A DNA stretch of 63,994 nucleotides, filler included, from Perkinsus olseni (lineage: Eukaryota), in the NCBI GenBank assembly GCA_013115125.1. It is 9 parts of 9 records of this genome, joined end to end, with 100 filler letters (N's around TTAATTAATTAA, not from the genome) between each part and the next. Parts side by side here need not be neighbours in the genome. Positions count along the whole stretch, not along the records: positions 58,133 to 63,994 come from JABANN010001157.1; 8 more parts are not named here. The stretch is one strand, 5' to 3'. A program made the position numbers and the translations under genes. Positions 62,101-63,994 of the stretch are shown here, piece by piece. How positions within the stretch are numbered: the stretch's first letter is position 1; every line of letters begins with the position of its first letter. The notes under the pieces are model-generated. The model had not been told where the DNA came from. It saw only the letters and a list, made by a program, of their open reading frames with translations, and did not search any database.

Positions 62101-62713
62101 TGCCTACAATAGATGTCCTCATGCCTCACTAGAAGGATCTTCCCCCGCTGAATGCTTGGTTGGCAGAAATATCCGCACTGAGTTCTGCATGCCTGTGAAG
62201 GTTCCTCCCCCTGAGCCTTCTTCTGATTTGGTTATCTTCCAAAAAGGTCAGCTAGTATGGTTGCTTAAACCTAAAGCTGAGAGAAGATCTGGTGAGAGGT
62301 TCTACCCATATCAGTATGTGATTATCGAATGTTCTCCATATGCTTATAAGCTGGTTAGAAGTGATGGCCATGGTAACCAAGTTACGGCCACTGTTGATAG
62401 ATTAGTTTTATGTCGACATCAACCTCTCCATGAACCGGTTATCCCAGTGAATTCTCATTCGAGTAGTAGTACTACAAACGCTGATGACCCTATAAGCTCT
62501 CTATTTGTGGATCCGCTTATTTATGATGATACTAGTTCTGTCGATGAAATTCAGCATGAGCATCTTCCTCAAGCGGATTCTCTCCAGGAAGATAACTTAG
62601 ATGCTGATAATGCAGTTCTACCTTCTCGCTCTCGGCATCCTCCAGTTCGCTTTGAACCTGGTGGTGATCCGAGACAAGTGTCTTTCGACAATGAAGGTAA
62701 TCGCATTGCTTAG
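59183..62713 (+). CDS. Pol (protease-like, RT, RNase H, integrase), in frame with gag
   Basis: ALCDWCCSRSLI and LVLGLD (protease-like); KVRPCLDY, DIRRAY and YFDD (RT); FIDSS, HINISELD and TDS (RNase H); HENLLH...CTNAAC with CDVF, SDPG and VERLH (integrase). Confidence 0.92.
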   Translation, partial: LSYGHAFALPESAQSTSSGLPLKTIGIYKADEGTYLSLTALCDWCCSRSLITRHLLGTISAPLIQSDAATTVNLIQLSTNALPYIGVSIIKVSIDGFEVPLEPLVVESLPASLSLVLGLDCFKQLPTAVRLSYDHATRSSRLELAASCTDTEVKYSRFRLPSCVVVEGRVPSQPDPISVSLEAPDCLALRFNASGDPSRSSPFFWEVAWKWRDGVAPSVVACPEEYHNLDRLTTSQLDSLCDELVSWVDQGWLVPVFPQDFYRMRCILPLVVSLALHKSTKVRPCLDYSFLNAHCIIANDAAAVSCNAALREWRRYEEGSIVDIRRAYLSLSVREDLTWYQCLKISDCLKAHQSSQPESKQLQFTYYRLLRCGFGQSSSPRLLKCVTDYKLQNEKLLKYFDDVLIPKFPGESAEQHRANVVRIRSLLKNEGLDSKDPTVFSESRVLGLQLYRDSEGVLCWRCRVDLDHLLSFQDRLLHDGNLTFRDCGSWLGQLLGHLPVADWLRPVVGLGRRSLGKKAGNTKASWRRLVDDESKQICLYICQLLRRLGDPAHGTWRTPDPSEELHCFIDSSELAMGVSILDSRNNIIEDDCHLRPADAHDIDNSSRPSLHINISELDSVILGLQKCLDYKCTSIHLFTDSKSVAGWISRLLSFQKVNPQGIYKCLVTRRLKIIRSIIDENNITLHCTWVQSSANVSDRLTRLPHVAGIVCPFITSSFANFAAGTLQLGGDGHEKHFPSSDELLAANSAVIRPFLDSGVSEDSDGFLWHRGLLYLPSVFREAVIKGVHENLLHCGSADVEIFLKKVYSWPRMSEQIRSVLSTCTNAACERNKVNPTTFTPSSPGRLAWDRWVCVACDVFHYEQQPILSVIDEYSRFAVLRLLPEERAAYALQGLTEVFNIPFLGYPLFLRSDPGIFTGIRQQLKNVGVRLVLTSGHRPTANAIVERLHSSLRLKLSVLPSDQPLSCRLMMAINAYNRCPHASLEGSSPAECLVGRNIRTEFCMPVKVPPPEPSSDLVIFQKGQLVWLLKPKAERRSGERFYPYQYVIIECSPYAYKLVRSDGHGNQVTATVDRLVLCRHQPLHEPVIPVNSHSSSSTTNADDPISSLFVDPLIYDDTSSVDEIQHEHLPQADSLQEDNLDADNAVLPSRSRHPPVRFEPGGDPRQVSFDNEGNRIA

Positions 62714-62756
62714 GTTCCCTGTTATGTTTGGCTTGGTACCAAACAGGGGGGCGAGA

Positions 62757-63001
62757 TGTTATAGGCTGTAGTTAGGCCTTGTGTCTCTTAAGGCTAAGTC
62801 ACTCTGAGTGCACCAGTGTGAGCCTAGCTTCCTTACTTACTATTAGGTGTGAGAGGCTGAGAATGGCTATCCTTACACCATTAATTGTAGTTGCGCTGTC
62901 TCGCCATTAGCTATGCTCTCTATACAGTTGCACGCATACGTTAAGAGGCTTTCTGCGCCTTGGAGAAGCCTTTGGTTGGGAGTCAATAGAGGCACACAAC
63001 A
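62757..63001 (+). repeat. Putative 3' LTR of element 2 (245 bp)
   Basis: Begins TGTTATAGG immediately after the PPT and ends CACACAACA. Confidence 0.7.
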
Positions 63002-63112
63002 TGTTACTCATTGCGCGCCGATCATCTTGTGCATGCGTGCATAGCTAATACTCCCGCCCCCCGAATAGATCTAGGTAGAAGACTTTATACTCCTTCTCGC
63101 CTTGCGTTGACT

Positions 63113-63928
63113 ATGAGCAACAACGGAGAAGCAACAACTGGTGCCCAGACCCCCAGTGAACCTCCTGAGACCTCTACAACCTCACCCACGTCCCTCGAGG
63201 AGCTCATCAAATATCTGGAACTCCCAAATCTCGACTGCCTCCACTTCGTCACCGAAGCTGACCTTCTGAAGTACTCCGAACTGCACCCTCTTGACCTACC
63301 CACTCGTGTGAAGTTTCAACAAGCCCTCAAGCACTTTCAACTTCCACAACAACCTGCCCCTTCAACTACCACTACGAACTGTGACTCCACATCAACTACT
63401 ACAAAGGCTACTACTACGTCTGTACTTGTCGATGCCTCATCTCATACCTCTCAAGCTCCCCATCCCCTCACGGCGACCAACCCCATGACCCTCAACGCCC
63501 CCGACAACAAGGCGTGGCTTGGACGCCAAGATCAACGACCTATAGCTGCCTTCATCCGCAGAGTCGCCGACATTGCTGAGATGGCCAACTTAGATGCATG
63601 CGGACTCTGGAAGTACTTGAACCTCAAGGCTCTCACCGAAGGCCAATCTCGTGACCTCAACGCTCACCTACGACAGCAGAACTTGAGCACAGCTAACTAC
63701 GGCGAGAAACTACTAGCAGCCGAGCACTGGTTACTCACCACATTCGAGCTCACTAACTCACTCGATAACCTCTACCAGCGACTCGACTCTATCCCGCCTA
63801 ACTCAACTGCTGAGCAAGCTCAATCCACTCTCAACGCTGTCTACTTCGATGCTTTATGTATGGACCAAGATATCCACGAGAGCACTCTTAAGCGAGCCTT
63901 CATCAAAGCCTTACCCAAGTACATCTAG
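63113..63928 (+). mobile_element. Gag-like ORF of a third retroelement (possibly frameshifted at its end)
   Basis: Intronless ORF with WLGRQDQRPIAAFIRRV...WLLTTF...LKRAFIKALP, a capsid-like pattern. Confidence 0.55.
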
Positions 63929-63994
63929 CCACACTCGCAGCAAAGCCGCTAGACGTGCGATCTCGAGTTAGACATTCATTGTGTTGCGATGCAG

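Larger units (their letters stand above)
58133..63001 (+). mobile_element. LTR retrotransposon 2 (5' end missing)
   Basis: gag, pol, PPT-like AAACAGGGGGGCGAGA (62741-62756) and a TGTT...AACA LTR. Confidence 0.92.

Overview
Eukaryotic, intron-rich DNA, most consistent with an alveolate protist such as Perkinsus (inferred from ~50-nt GT-AG introns, gene content and retroelement types; not confirmed). The window is not one locus. It is nine unrelated, size-sorted contigs of ~7.1-7.2 kb joined by artificial N-TTAATTAATTAA-N linkers, so adjacency across linkers is meaningless. Recognisable genes: two tandem membrane GT2 (chitin/hyaluronan-synthase-like) glycosyltransferases, HYPK, cyclophilin, an RluA-type pseudouridine synthase, a GDXG alpha/beta hydrolase, an LRRC49-like protein, an EHD/RME-1 ATPase, a MATH-like repeat protein, two paralogous secreted phytase-like propeller genes and several hypothetical genes. 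Mobile DNA: two near-complete LTR retrotransposons, a third gag, and decayed hAT/Mutator-like relics. Most interesting: (1) a spliced gene joining a signal peptide, an Fe(II)/2OG-dioxygenase-like domain (HTD...H), a Cys-rich module and a Ctr copper transporter, with a single in-frame TAG between the dioxygenase and the Cys-rich/Ctr part; (2) an LTR element whose gag and pol are in frame and separated only by UGA-CUA, a candidate for readthrough; (3) an intact single-ORF LTR element mixing Bel/Pao-like RT-RNaseH with Gypsy-like gag and integrase features, inserted mid-exon into a phytase-like gene.
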